Positions 1 to 12,899 of a stretch of DNA of 64,000 nt are shown one piece after another; the first letter of the stretch is position 1; each line of letters opens with the position of its first letter. The position numbers were made by a program, and so were the translations under genes. The notes beneath the pieces are model-generated. The model searched no databases. It saw only the letters and a program-made list of their open reading frames with translations, and was not told the origin of the DNA. The stretch is taken from positions 9,858,001-9,922,000 of the forward strand of contig NC_043002.1 of assembly GCF_006345805.1 (NCBI RefSeq). Reading direction: 5' to 3'. This stretch comes from Octopus sinensis. Lineage: Eukaryota.

Positions 1-2
1 AT

Positions 3-620
3 GAAACCGTTCAGCACGCTTTTTTTCATTGTCGGAAGTTGAACGACTTGATAAGTTACGCAGAACACGTGTTATCGCATCTGGGACGAGTACAGCTGTC
101 GGCTGAGTCTATGATTAAGATGATACCGCCAACTGGACTCTCGAAGGAAGGTGAGGCATGTTTTCACTGCACGGTTGCAGTGGTAAAGGAATGCATGTGG
201 AGAACGAGAATGGAAGGAACCGCGACAGGGTCATTTGTCTCCGGGCCCGGCTTGCTCACCTACTTCAGATATCATCTGAGAAGCAAGATGGGACTGGAGA
301 GGAGGACCCTGCCGCGGGGAGTGTATGCGAATAGATGGAAGGAAGTGGAAAGAAAGGTGGGTACGAGAAGGCCAGCTTGACCATGGAGGAGAGAGAGGAA
401 GTGGAAGCTGCAGGGCCTCAACAATTGCCGGGGTGTGAAAGCTCCAGTAAAATCACAAAGGTCAGCTACAAGTGTTTGTAACATTAGTTACGCAAAAACT
501 ATTACTTATAACGAATACAAACGAAACTTTTTTAATCGATTCTCTTAAATTTTCTTGTATGTATGTATGTCCTGTATTCGTCCTTTCTATGTATTAATTT
601 TTATAATTGTAATAAAGAGA
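3..620 (+). mobile_element. 3' end of a Tx1/L1-clade LINE (ORF2 C-terminal zinc-knuckle region and 3' UTR)
   Basis: The frame from nt 3 reads ETVQHAFFHC (ETxxHxFxxC of the zf-RVT knuckle), then AVVKECMWRTR, stopping at 380. A T-rich UTR with AATAAA follows near 611. Confidence 0.7.
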
Positions 621-863
621 TACACTTCTATTTCCTGCATTTACGGATAACATATTGAAGAGAATAGAATTATGGGATTTATACCTACCCGCAGCCATTA
701 TGGATTACTGCAGAGGATTTTACGACGGACTTGAATTATTTCTTCAAAATTTTAAACCCAAGTTTGTACCAAAACACAGCTATACCAGTAACTTTTTTTA
801 ACCATCTTTATCGTATGTTTTTTTTAAATAGCATTCCATTGTTACACGGAAATTCACCCTTTT

Positions 864-953
864 TCTCTGACGAGTAGTTGTATTACCTAATAATGATTAT
901 CAAATTTAGATTTCATTTCGAAGTGTAATACAAATCATGAAACGATCGTAAGA
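864..953 (+). ncRNA. Type I hammerhead ribozyme motif (Penelope/retrozyme-like)
   Basis: tct-CTGACGA; stem II ttgtattac/gtaatacaa; GAAAC-GATC-GTA-aga. Confidence 0.7.
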
Positions 954-1578
954 TATTTCAAACTTTTTAAATAATCATACTTTATATATTTATATATCTA
1001 TTAATACAATATTATTTTGGACGTATGTCTTCTGTAATGATTTTTTTACGTAACTTTTCTTGCTCTTACTTTGTAATATATATATATTTACATATATATA
1101 TATATATATATATATAGGTCGAAAGATTCAGACTTAGAGTGCGATGTCTTTATAGGATCAATTCCACAAAGTAAAGAAAGGCTATAAGAGGGATCCAGAT
1201 AAAGCGGTTATAGAGGCAATTATGCCTAATAAAGAAATTAGAAGCATTAAATATATTAAATATAATACTTTGGGTATGAAAAATACAAAATATGTATACA
1301 TGTATATATGCAAAACGAGATAAAGCAAATGTTTGAAACTTTCAGATGCTAATTTTTTAAGTTTAAATATTTAGATATTTATATTAATTAAACCAATTTA
1401 CTCAGAGTAAAAGTGACAGAGAAAATTAAAGGGATGGAAGATGTTCTAAGTACCACAGCTATTTTCGGGAGCTCGGAGATCCATAATAATGTTGGTATAT
1501 GTAGTTCCTCACAATATGCAGCAGTATGGACTTAATTGTGTATGTGTGTTTATGTGTGTGTATATCGGAAACATATGT

Positions 1579-1920
1579 GAAGGCGCATGGCTCAGTGATT
1601 AGAGTGTCGAACTTACGATCGTGAGGTCGTGAGCTCGAATCCCGGACCAGGCTGCGTGTTGTGTTCTTGAGCAAGACACTTTATTTCACGTTGCTCCAGT
1701 TAACTCAGCTGTAGAAATGAGTTGCAACGTCACGGGTGCCAAGCTGTATCGGCCCCTTTGCCTTTCCCTTGGATAACACTGGTGGCGTGGAGAGGGGAGG
1801 CCAGTATGCATGGGCGACTGCTGGTCTTCCATAAACCACCTTGCCCAGACTTGTGACTAGGAGGGTAACTTTCTAGGTGCAATCCCATGGTCAGTGTCGT
1901 GAGCAAAGGGGGTCCCGATA
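1579..1920 (+). mobile_element. tRNA-derived SINE, family A
   Basis: A/B-box-like head (tggctcagtgattag ... gagctcgaatccc); atatcggaaaca is duplicated at the flanks; a second copy lies at 58729-59070 (-). Confidence 0.8.
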
Positions 1921-2082
1921 TCGGAAACAAAGCACAGCACACACATATTGTGTCTCTGAGGGTTATCTAGTAGCGCGTGCGGACGGCTAAACCAGGGAGA
2001 AATATGTTGTTTGTAGAAAGGGCTTCTATAAAAGTGCGCTAGGTTGATGAAATGGTAAAATCCAGCAGTTAATTGCAAAGGT

Positions 2083-2497
2083 GAAATACCTATTTCTTTA
2101 CTACCCACAAGGGGCTAAACACACAGGACAAACAAGGACAGACAAATGGATTAAGTCGATTACATCGACCTCAGTGCGTAACTGGTACTTATTCAATCGA
2201 TCCCGAAAGGATGAAAAGTAAAGTCGATCTCGGCGGAATTTGAACTCAGAACGTTGCGGCAGACGAAATACCTATTTCTTTACTACCCGCTAAACACAGA
2301 ATGGACAAACAAGGACAGACAAAGGGATTAAGTCGATTACATCGCCCTCAGTGCGTAACTGGTACTTATTCAATCGATCCCGAAAGGATGAAAAGTAAAG
2401 TCGACCTCGGCGGAATTTGAACCCAGAACGTAGCGGCAGACGAAATACCGCTACGCATTTCGCCCGGCGTGCTAACGTTTCTGCCAGCTCGCCGCCT
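2083..2497 (-). mobile_element. SINE family B, dimeric
   Basis: Head ggcggcgagctggcagaaacgttagc, B-box gttcaaattcc; the ~185-bp body is repeated; at least 10 copies in the window. Confidence 0.85.
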
Positions 2498-2924
2498 TGA
2501 GACGAGCTGGCAAAGGTGAAATACCAGCGGAAAAAGAACAGAAGTGGAACTTACCTGCAATGGAGTAGCAAAACTTACTGATGATTGGGAGAAGCATAGA
2601 GAGAGGAGCAAGGGATGAAAATAAGGAGAGAAAAAAATGTGTACGTGTATATATATTTGCAGACACTTCACAAGCTTTTGTATGTTAGTGAGGAAAGATA
2701 TGACAGAGCAAAGCCGCGCGTGTGTTTGCATGAATGGCTTGAAGTGTCAGTGACAACGATTGACTGCTGTTTCGAGCAATTATACAACCATGAAGGGTTT
2801 AAGGGGTGCAGTGAAGACAGAAATTGGAAATAACGGGTATGTAAGGGAGGTGTGCGTTCGAGCATTGTGTATTTAAAGTGGAGGATAAGTGCAAGTTTGT
2901 AGGTGTATGTCTGTACGGGTGGGT

Positions 2925-3332
2925 GCTCTCTTTTTACTCTTTTACTTGTTTCAGTCATTTGACTGCGGCCATGCTGGAGCACCGCCTTTAGTCGAGGGAA
3001 TAGACCCCAGGACTTATTCTTTGTAAGCCTAGTACTTATTCTATCGGTCTCTTTTGCCGAACCACTAAGTTACGGGGACGTAAACACACCAACATCGGTT
3101 GCCAAGCGATGTTGGGGGGACAAACATAGACACACAAACACACACATACATATATATATATATACATATATACGACGGGCTTCTTTCAGTTTCCGTCTAC
3201 CAAATCCACTCACAAGGCTTTGGTCGGCCCGAGGCTATAGTAGAAGACACTTGCCCAAGGTGTCACACAGTTGGACTGAACCCAGAACCATGTTGTTAGT
3301 AAGCAAGCTACTTACCACACAGCCACTCCTGC
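2925..3332 (-). mobile_element. SINE family C (internal TA/TG microsatellite, gtaaaaga tail)
   Basis: Matches about 10 other copies; tRNA-like head, ccttgggcaagtg core, tail ggtgctccagcatggccgcagtcaaatgactgaaac. Confidence 0.85.
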
Positions 3333-4316
3333 GTTGACAGAGGGTAGATATGTCTGGGTATATATGTCCTAGCGTGAGAGTGTAGACGTTATGTACGTGT
3401 GGACGTGTTCGTGTATGTAGAGGTGTTAAGTATTAATAAGATGGAGGAGAGTCTGTGTGCGTATACATGTGTGTAAGTGATAGTCATGGAGATGTGTTAG
3501 GCAGTAGGGTTTGTGAGTTATGGTACTGGTTACGAGTGGTAGTGTGGTGATGAGATAAGAGTGGTCGGTAAAGTGACGGTGTGAGGGGACTACGTGGGAA
3601 GGAGCGGGTAAAGAAATGGGCAGGCTGAGGAGAAAAGGAGTTAGAAACACTGGGAAAGGAATTTGAAACCTAAATATAGGTTAGGAGAGAATGTGGGCTC
3701 CCGTCTTTTCTGGAGATGAGTGACAGGGAATCTTATTATGGTGACCATGCAGAATACCGAAATGTGTTAGATGAATGGTCGGCGGAACGAAAAAGAAATG
3801 TCTTTTAATCAAACCTTACTTCTAATAGATTGTAACAGCCATAAAGATCACAGTGAATTCATAGGAAAAAAACAAAACAAGAAACAGCAGAATTGGTTCT
3901 TAAATTGGTTTATTACGTTATTTCTTACACGTGTTTCAGTGGTTAACGTTTCATCGGCTATAAAATGTTGGTTCGGTAGGACCATTTGGTCCTCTTTTAG
4001 TTTTTCGTAAACTGGTTTCGCGTCGGTTTCGCCTTTCGTTTGGTGAGTTAGTCGTTCTATACAAGTGAAAATATACAAAGCAATTAGTTGCATATAGCGA
4101 AATCCTACGATACACAATAAAATTAACTAGCGTTGTTAATTATAAAATTGTACATTTTAGTTACAATACACTATAAAACGTAACAAATTTGCAGACGTTA
4201 AACGATAAAGTTATAAATTCGATGAATTAGATTGCTAGCTGCTGAGATTTATCGGGCAGGGTAATCTCCCTGAAAAAAAAAAAAAATAATACACGCGCGC
4301 GTTCGTATACGCTTGC

Positions 4317-4369
<53 letters not shown>

Positions 4370-4601
4370 AAAATATCGTGTACATTAGAACACATTAAGA
4401 GGATTCCAAATAGGAAAGCCTTGTGCTAGAAAGAGCAGTAGAAAACTCAAACCACTAATTATAGATAAATTCTCGAAAGGATTGAAAATTAAAAACGTAT
4501 ACCATCTAATTTAGTTCCTTGAATAATATATAGTCTATTGACTATTTTTTGTGCTAGGCCACTGGTAATAATAATTTCTATAATTCTTATTACCCTAATA
4601 T

Positions 4602-4648
<47 letters not shown>

Positions 4649-4653
4649 TATAT

Positions 4654-5275
4654 AGCATAATTAAATCTCAGAATGAGATTGAAACAGTAATCGCTCGATA
4701 ATGTAAAGTATAGAAGCCATCTTATCATGGCTAACCACATTGGGGAGGGGGTGTTACTGTAGCTCTATAGCCCCAAGAGATCGTCGTCTCTAGTTGGCTT
4801 TAGACACAGTATCAGTGCCCTTGGAGACGACGATCTCTTGGGGCTATAAAGCTACAGTAACACCCCCTCCCCAATGTGGTTAGCCATGATAAGATGGCTT
4901 CTATACTTTACATTATCGAGCGATTACTGTTTCAATCTCATTCTGAGATTTAATTATGCTTACTGTCCGTTTTTCGACATCAGTGGCAGATGCCACTAGA
5001 AAAACTTATATATTTGCAAGGAATTATTATTTCACTTTCATCGCGACCTGGTGGTTACCGCCCGTTGATGAGGGACAAAAATCCCGAAACTAGTTCGAGC
5101 GTATCACTCAGGCTTGCGAGGAAGGGATGGCCTCCCTTTGCAAATACTCCAAGGGCACTGATATTGTGTCTAAAGCCAGCTAGAGACGACGATCTCTTGG
5201 GGCTATAAATCTACAGTAACACCCCCTCCCCAATGTGGTTAGCCATGATAAGATGGCTTCTATACTTTACATTAT
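4654..5275. mobile_element. Non-autonomous Penelope/retrozyme-like element: 359-bp unit in partial tandem with an inverted 5' copy
   Basis: gagacgacgatctcttggggc recurs at 4824 and 5183; 4654-4822 is the reverse complement of unit sequence; the unit contains an HHR motif. Confidence 0.65.
5059..5101 (+). ncRNA. Compact type I hammerhead motif (C3>U)
   Basis: cgcccg-TTGATGA-ggga caaaaa tccc-GAAAC-TA-GTT-cgagcg. Confidence 0.6.
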
Positions 5276-5571
5276 ATATATATATATATATATAATATAT
5301 ATATATATATAATATATATATATATATAATATATATATATATACAGGTGAGTTATGTTAGAGGTTATACCTGTATCCAATGAATCCACTGGTGTATTACC
5401 TATATTTAATCATGAGCATTAGTGTTAATGCTCATAAAAGATAGGTAATGACAAGAATAAACTAAAGTTTGTCAATATTCAAGTAAAGCAGAAAATAGAG
5501 ATAAAATTGATGAGTAACAATTGATTCACATCAATTATCATTGATTAATTAATTGCAAAAAGACAAAATCT

Positions 5572-5619
5572 CGTCTTACAGCTGTTTCCGTTAGCGTGAT
5601 TCACAGTCTTAACCACCGC

Positions 5620-5662
<43 letters not shown>

Positions 5663-5720
5663 GTTATCATTGTAAGTAATTAATTATACTCATTTGAATC
5701 ACGGAACGTTCTTCAGAGCG
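5572..5720 (-). ncRNA. Type I hammerhead motif with a microsatellite-expanded stem II loop
   Basis: Minus strand: cgct-CTGAAGA-acgttccgtgattc ... gaatcacgctaacg-GAAAC-AGCT-GTA-agacg. Confidence 0.65.
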
Positions 5721-5894
5721 GAAAAAGTAAATAAAATAAAAGTAAAAATAAAACTAAAAAGTACAAGAAAGTGCAAACTGTGATAATGCCTCATGCTACA
5801 TGCTGACCCCCTGGGAAACGTTTGTAAAGATGTTTCATATTAGTCATTCTATGGACATCATAGCCCATCCTAGTAAGGAGTTATTGTTTATAGA

Positions 5895-6270
5895 TAGGCG
5901 CAAGAGTGGCTGTGTGGTAAGTAGCTTGTTTACCAACCACATGGTTCCGGATTCAGTCCCACTGTGTGGCACCTTGGGCAAGTGTCTTCTGCTATAGCCT
6001 CGGGCCGACCAAAGCCTTGTGAGTGGATTTGGTAGACGGAAACTGAAAGAAGCCCGTCGTATATATATATGCGTGTCTGTGTTTGTCCCCCTAGCAATGC
6101 TTGACAACCGATGTTTATGTCCCCGTCACTTAGCGGTTCGGCAAAAGAGACCGATAGAATAAGTACTGGGCTTACAAAAGAATAAGTCCCGGGGTCGAGT
6201 TGCTCGATTAAAGGCGGTGCTCCAGCATGGCCGCAGTCAAATGACTGAAACAAGTAAAAGAGTAAAAGAG
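5895..6270 (+). mobile_element. SINE family C
   Basis: Full-length match to the other copies. Confidence 0.85.
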
Positions 6271-6284
6271 TATATATATATATC

Positions 6285-7335
6285 TTTGGAATAGGTGGTT
6301 TATCTGGAATTCATTGGAGATAACAGTCCAGGAATCGTATAAATAAATCTTTTTCTTCTCGTATGTGTCTTCGTACGCTGTTAAAAGGAGCTTGGCCGTT
6401 GAGGTGAAGCAAGCACGACTTTTGTAGAGGACGGATAGCAGGGACGAAGCCTCGGATGAACTTTAAAGTGGATGCCAAAATAATTTGGGCAGTGCTATTG
6501 GAATAGTTATATGGCGCTCACGTCGACGTTGGATTGAGTTTCTCGAGACGATGCCAATAATCAAGACCTGTAATACTGTCTATATTCCTTGTAATCGATC
6601 TCTGGTGAGTTTCAGGTTTTACAACAGTATTCACGATAAGAGAGGGTGAAGGCGAAGAAAAGGATAATGGTAGGAGTATCTCTGGCCCGAAAAGCCACCA
6701 GGATCCAGGAGCACGCCCTGCTGGCCATGTCGACTTTTTTAATGTTGGTACTTCAGCTTAACTTGTTGTCGACAGTTACTCTTAGGTTCCAAGTGGTGTT
6801 TGATGCGATAAAGTTTTCATCTGAGGGAAACGTGTATTGTAGCTTAAGTGGATTAATTCGAATTTATTTCCTTTTACCAGTACATTGTGTTTCTCCGCCC
6901 ATCGGATATCAGCGAGCAGATCGGTTTGGAGCTTAGTCCGGCCTCCTTCTGTGCAAAGATTTCAAGAATACAAGAAGTTCCCAGACGTGAATTTGTCTTG
7001 AGTGTCTAATGTGTTGTCCATCACCGAGCCCGCTTTTCAGTGCAGTCGGTTATACGAGGGGTACAAAAGAGGTTGAGGCAGCCAGAACCCACCAAGACTT
7101 TAATTTTGTTTTGCTTTTGTTTTTTTAGACGAGTTTATCATCTCTTAGCGGCGGGAAGTTCTAGCGAGAACTTGGGGTCCTTCACGTATTGTGGTCCACG
7201 TATTAATTGATCCGCAGCTGGGATCCGAAGACCTGCTGCATTTCTGTGTCAGTGTAGGTCTAGGACCAATCGTATGTATGGGGTGACCTGTAGCATGACC
7301 ATAATACTGAATGCAGTTTTAAACTCGCAACCAGG
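6285..7335 (-). pseudogene. Decayed, internally deleted CR1-group LINE related to 27811-30308
   Basis: Minus-strand peptides HCPNYFGIHFKVHPRL and DMASRACSWILVAFRAR align by eye to CPNDLNISFKVHPRL and IARRMSSWILRTFRSR; CYRSP (APE-like) near 7290. Confidence 0.7.
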
Positions 7336-7495
7336 ATAGACATGTGGGTGTGTTTAGTATGTGTGTGAATCTGTGTTTGTGTGTGTGGTTGTGTGTGGCT
7401 GTGTTCGTGTGTATGCGTTTGTGTGTGTATGTTTGATTTACAGGAGAAACCCTGTGAAATGTGAAAAATACATAAAATTTTTATATACATATCTA

Positions 7496-8047
7496 TTGGG
7501 TTGTCCGATTCAGTGTAGCTTACATTTCAACTCATTTTAGAACATGGTTGAGTCCATAAAATAGGATGTGACTACACCTCCATTTAGAGCACAGTTTAAG
7601 CTGTCTTTTCGTGGAAGAAGGTTTATGTTCCTATAACCTGTGTTAATTCTGTAACCCTTTAAAATGGAAAATAAGAAAGTTCATTTTCGGCACTTGATGC
7701 TTTGGGAACCAGACAAAAATTGCTGCAGCTCGGCTGGGATGTGTTACCCCCACCCTCCATATTCACCAGATATTGCTCCTTCGGATTTCCACTTGTTCAG
7801 GTCTCTGCAGAATAGTCTTAATGGTAAAAATTTCAATTCCTTGGATGACGTAAAAAGATACCTTGATTAATTCTTTGCCATGAAACCACCTCAGTTCTGG
7901 GAAAGGGTATTTTCAAGCTAAAGGAAAGATGGATACGCATTGTGCAACAAAATGTTTCATATTTGGTTGATTAAAAATGTAATGGCAAGTATTTATTGAC
8001 GTTTTTCTTTCCTTTAAAAATCGGCACGAACTTTCCGGACAACCCAA
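7496..8047 (+). mobile_element. Internally deleted mariner element
   Basis: TIRs ttgggttgtccg/cggacaacccaa with TA flanks; HPPYSPDIAPSDFHLF motif. Confidence 0.9.
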
Positions 8048-8499
8048 TATTTTCTTCATTTAAAGTGGGTTTAATTTGTTTCATTTTATGTATTTATATG
8101 AACACGAAAATAAGAAAATAAGAACACGAAAATACAATTTCACAGAATATATATATTAGTAGTACAATTTAACTGAAAATATATTGGTGAACATAGTCTT
8201 AATGTAAATTTGATATATGTAACACCAGTGGAAAGGAGAGAAGAAAAAAGAGGGTATCATATCTTTCATTGAGTCTTATGTATTTAAAATGATTTGTTTT
8301 AGTATTTTTTAATCAATTTATGGGCCCCGGGACAAAAGTGTGACTGATTTTCTCGTTAAATTCAATTCCATTTTGCACAAAACAGCGATGAAAAGCAAGC
8401 CTTATTTCGTTGCTGCTTATCATAACATAAATCTGGCAAATGACAATATAAATAATGATAGGACTAAATATCAGCATTTGGAAGCAATATACATATCTA

Positions 8500-8905
8500 T
8501 TGGATTGTCCGATTCAGTGTAGCTTACATTTCGACTTATTTTAGAACATGGTTGAGTCCATAAAATAGGATTTGATTACACCTCCATTTAGAGCACAGTT
8601 TAAGCTATCTTTTCGTGGAAGAAGGTTTATGTTCCTATAACCTGTATTATTTCTGTAACCCTTTAAAATGGAAAATAAGAAAGTTCATTTTCGACACTTG
8701 ATGCTTTGGGAACCAGACAAAAATTGCTGCAGCTCGGCTGGGATGTGTTACCCCACTCTCCATATTCACCAGATATTGCTCCTTCGGATTTCCACTTATT
8801 CAGGTCTCTGAAGAATAGTCTTAATGGTAAAAATTTCAATTCTTTGGATGATGTAAAAAGATATCTTGATGAATTCTTTGCCATGAAACCACCACAGTTC
8901 TGGGT
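8500..8905 (+). mobile_element. Second, 3'-truncated copy of the same mariner derivative
   Basis: Near-identical to 7496-7900; HSPYSPDIAPSDFHLF. Confidence 0.85.
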
Positions 8906-9188
8906 GTATTCTTCGCTCAAATACGATTGATCAAAGAACAAGAGTAAATAAGGACAACAGCACGCTAATAGACAATATTTTTACAACCAGAAATGATTTA
9001 TTTAACCTTGAGGCGAGAACACTTTTTCTTGAAACATCTGGTGACATTCTGACATTATCAATAACTAATAATGGACAACCGGAGGTCAGTGATATAAATC
9101 GGAAATATATTATTTATAAACAAATAGATAATGAAAGTAAGAATGAGTTTAAGAATAAATTCAAAGGAGTCATGAGTCAATATCACAT

Positions 9189-9500
9189 GTGGAGGCACAT
9201 GGCCTAGTGGTTAGAGCAGCGGACTCGCAATCGGAGGATTGCGGTTTCGAATCTCTGACCGGGCGATGTGTGTGTTTATGAGCGGAACACCTAAGCCCTA
9301 CGCAGCTCCGGCAGAAGGTAATGGCAAACTTCTGCTGACTCCTTCGCCGCAACTTTCTCTCACTCTTTCTTCCTGCATCTTGCAGCTCACCTGTGACAGA
9401 CCGGCGTCCCGTCCAGGTGGGGAACCTATACGCCACGGAAACCGGGAAACTGGCCCTTGTGAGCCAGGCATGGCTCGAGAAGGAACAAACAAAACAACAA
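9189..9500 (+). mobile_element. tRNA-derived SINE, family D-related with a different 3' tail
   Basis: Head gtggaggcacatggcctagtggttagagcagcggactcg resembles family D; the tail ends in aacaaacaaaacaacaa. Confidence 0.75.
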
Positions 9501-9670
9501 TATCACTTGGCCTTTGTTACTAGTTGTTCGAACCACACTTGTTTATATGTTTATGCCTTTCTTCGAGGTGAATGATAGAGAAAATAGAAATCAGAACGAA
9601 ATATTCATTGATAGAATTATTCTAAAACAGATCGGAGAACGCATTCGATTTTACTGCATGTTGTATACAT

Positions 9671-10083
9671 ATTTCTTTTCTACCAACAAGGGGCTAAACA
9701 CAGAGAGGACAAACAAGGACAGACAAACGGATTAAATCGCTTATATCGACCCCAGTGCGCAACTAGTACTTAATTTATCGACCCCGAAAGGATGAAAGGC
9801 AAAGTCGACCTCGGCGAAATTTGAACTCAGAACATAACGGCAGACTAAATACCTATTTCTTTACTACCCACAAGGGGCTAAACACAGAGAGGATAAACAA
9901 GGACAGACAAACGGATTAAGTCGCTTATATCGACCCCAGTGCATAACTGGTACTTAATTTATCGACCCCGAAAGGATGAGAGGCAAAGTCGACCTCGGCG
10001 GAATTTGAACTCAGAACGTAGCGGCAGACGAAATACCGCGAAGCATTTCGCCCAGCGTGCTAACGATTCTGCCAGCTCGCCGC
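9671..10083 (-). mobile_element. SINE family B, dimeric
   Basis: Head plus two ~185-bp bodies. Confidence 0.85.
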
Positions 10084-10457
10084 TGTATACAATGGTTTGC
10101 AAGACAATATGAAATGCCTCGCAAAATATCAAACATTGTAAGCGAAAGCGAGAACGTTTTATTGATGACATCGAGAATGCACACAAACGCTCGCATTTCT
10201 TTTCTTGAGTGGGGACAGAGGATATTGTTTTGTATCTGTACGTTTTGTTATGGAGTTTTGTTTGAGTCATTCGTTGTATTAGTTTTTATATTGTTTTGAT
10301 CGTGTAGCGCGGGTTGTGTTTTTTGTCGAGTATCGGCCTCCTATGCTTTATGCTGTGGGTTTTGTTCAGTTTGTTAGGAATTTACAGTATGAGTTTATTC
10401 CTGTATATTTTTGGATGGGTTTTGCATAGTAGTGTGTGTGTGTGTGTTACTCCTAAA

Positions 10458-10856
10458 TCTTTATATATAAAAGAGAGGTTGTGTGCTGTCTGTCTCCAAC
10501 GATTTAGATTCCTAACTACTCCCACATTTTGCGGTGCAGTTTAACCAAAACCAGGTATCTTATAGTCGTGATTCATATCGAGCCCTTCTGGGTATTAGCG
10601 CGCGTCTACGATGAGTCTACGATTAAAAAAAAAAATTACCATCAATTTTTCCCATTTTTAATGCATTTTTGGCATATATAAGGGAAGTAACTCTCTAAAA
10701 ATGTATTATTAAATCTCAGAACGTAAAAAGCTACAGTAACATCCCCACCCCTTTGTTGTTAGCCATATTGAGATGGCTATTATACTTTACATCTCTAAAA
10801 ATGCTTATATAGTTATTTCCCTTACAAACCCGAGCAACGCCGGGCGATACTGCTAG
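10458..10856 (+). mobile_element. Non-autonomous Helitron
   Basis: 5' A|TC-TTTATATATAAA; 3' hairpin cccg-agcaacgc-cggg followed by CTAG|T. Confidence 0.8.
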
Positions 10857-10914
10857 TCAACTATATTATAGTATTTATTATTACTATTATTATTATTGTT
10901 GTTGTTGCTGTTGC

Positions 10915-10948
<34 letters not shown>

Positions 10949-10949
10949 T

Positions 10950-11567
10950 TATTATCTTTTCACAGCCTCAAACACTGGAAATGTACTACGGTGCCAGCTG
11001 TTCACTACCAGTGAACTAAGGTAATACCCCTTATTTTTCGGAGTATTCGAGCGATTCCAAGCAGTGCTGTTTTCTACAAGCGCTCTACCCTCATTGCAGC
11101 CCCTATTTGTTCCATGTACTTATCAAGATTTTTCTTCACTGTTTCCAGGACTCCGACAATTATAGGTACTACTACCACCTTTTTCCTCAATCGCAACTGC
11201 TCAAACTTCCAAGCTAGCCTATCATATCTATCAACTTTTCTTTCTTCCTTATCGCATACCTTGTTGTCAGCTGGGCATGCTATATCTATGATCCAGCATC
11301 GTTTCTTTTCTTTCTTAATTAAGACTATGTCTGGCTTCCTATTCTCTATCTCATGGTCGCACTGAATCATAAAATCACACAGGATCTTTGCATTATCATT
11401 TTCGATGATGCCTTCGGATTAATGTTCGTGTCACTTTTTTGCTCTGTCAAGTCCATACTTGTTGCAAAGTGTCCAATGGACAATCCTTGCTATATTGTCA
11501 TGAGGTCTGTTATATTCTTTCTGGGCTAGTGGCGTACATTGACTGGTAATATGCAATACGGTTTTGT
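10950..11567 (-). pseudogene. R4/Dong-clade LINE 3' end (restriction-like endonuclease)
   Basis: KPDIVLIKKEKKRCWIIDIACP (PD...D RLE motif); the 3' end runs into (TAA)n. Confidence 0.85.
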
Positions 11568-11569
11568 CC

Positions 11570-12313
11570 TCAATCAGAAAACCACTACTCTGAAAACAAG
11601 CGTTGCAAAGCGTTTAGAGTAGAGTAAAAACCTACAGAGTTGGTCCCTAGAGCAGTGGCAGGATGTTATTTTCTTGGAGGAGTCACCCATTACTTTATTT
11701 CCGACCATCGACCGAGTATACGTGTGGAGACAGCCAAAAAAAGCATTTGACCCAGACCACCTTCTTCCAACTGTTAAACATGGAGGAGGATCTGTGATGA
11801 TCTGGGGTGGGGGGACTATATCTTGGAAATCTGCTGGCCCAATGGTTTCCCTTCATGGCAGAATTAATAGTAAAGAATATTTAAGCATTTTATCTGATCA
11901 AATTCATTCTACAGTTGCAGAACTGTTTCCAGAAGGAAACGCAATCTTGCAGGATGATAACTCACCAATTCACACAGTTAAATTTGTTACTGAATGGCAC
12001 GAGGATTATTCTAGCGAAGTTGAGCAACTTATCTGGCCAACACAGTCCCCAGATCTCAATATTATTGAACATTTATGGTGCATTTTAGAAAAACAAGTAA
12101 AGAGTCGATATCCTCCACCATCATCGCTACAAGAACTAGAGACTGTTTTAGCTGAAGAATGGGCAAAAATTCATTTGGAAACAATTCAAACTTTGTACGA
12201 CTCCATACCTCGTAGAATTCAAGCTGTAATTACTGCCAAAGGCGGTCCTACTTCATATTAAAATATATTTGTTTGAAAATTTAAGGTGTTTCCATTATTA
12301 TGTCCAACTCCTG
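11570..12313 (+). mobile_element. 3' half of a Tc1 element with a DD34E transposase remnant
   Basis: ORF 11674-12261: VKHGGGSVMIWG, QDDNSPIH, SPDLNIIEHLW; right TIR ...gtccaactcctg|TA. Confidence 0.9.
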
Positions 12314-12344
12314 TATATATATATTTGCAGATTAATTACGGTTC

Positions 12345-12700
12345 AGTTCAGTCATTATCATTGAAGATTTGGGTATGAGACGCGTGTCTGCCAAGTCTGT
12401 GTCAAAACTGCTTCCAGCTGACCAAAACGAAACTCGGTTTCCAGCTGCACAAGATCTCCTTGATTCTGTCGAGAATGCTGGAAACTTTGTGAAAACTTTG
12501 CGTAGGCCTCTGAGCAGGTATCACCAAACTTTTGCCAAAGTTTGATGCAGATTCTTTGCTCAGCTTTCTCTGTCATGGTCTATGCGACGATCAAACACTA
12601 CACACTTTCATTCTAAGCACTGCTGTAAATAGCGGAAGTGAGCTAGAGCGATAAAAATTCTAGCACATGCGCAATAGAGTTCAAGATCAATCTGTGCCAA
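12345..12700 (-). mobile_element. Mariner N-terminal remnant
   Basis: MTEKAEQRICIKLWQKFGDTCSEAY resembles the mariner HTH start (EQRxCIKF). Confidence 0.6.
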
Positions 12701-12899
12701 ACACACACACACATATTATAATGGAATAATTACTATGAAGGATTGTGTAGAACATACTGTATAAGGGAACGTGGGTAAGACCAGAGCAATGCGAAGTAAA
12801 TGCAAGGCAAATCCCAAGAAAACAAATATAAGAATTAATGTAGACTTACCTTCCATTCAATATTTCGGGATTATGACCCGATTTTCAAGAGACTGACAT

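Noticed and set aside
1451-1515. Possible hammerhead on the minus strand (gaaaatagctgtg)
   Set aside because: No CTGANGA box and the cleavage triplet is lost.
11674-12261. Functional Tc1 transposase
   Set aside because: It lacks the N-terminal DNA-binding domain and left TIR, and the first catalytic Asp region reads FLEES.
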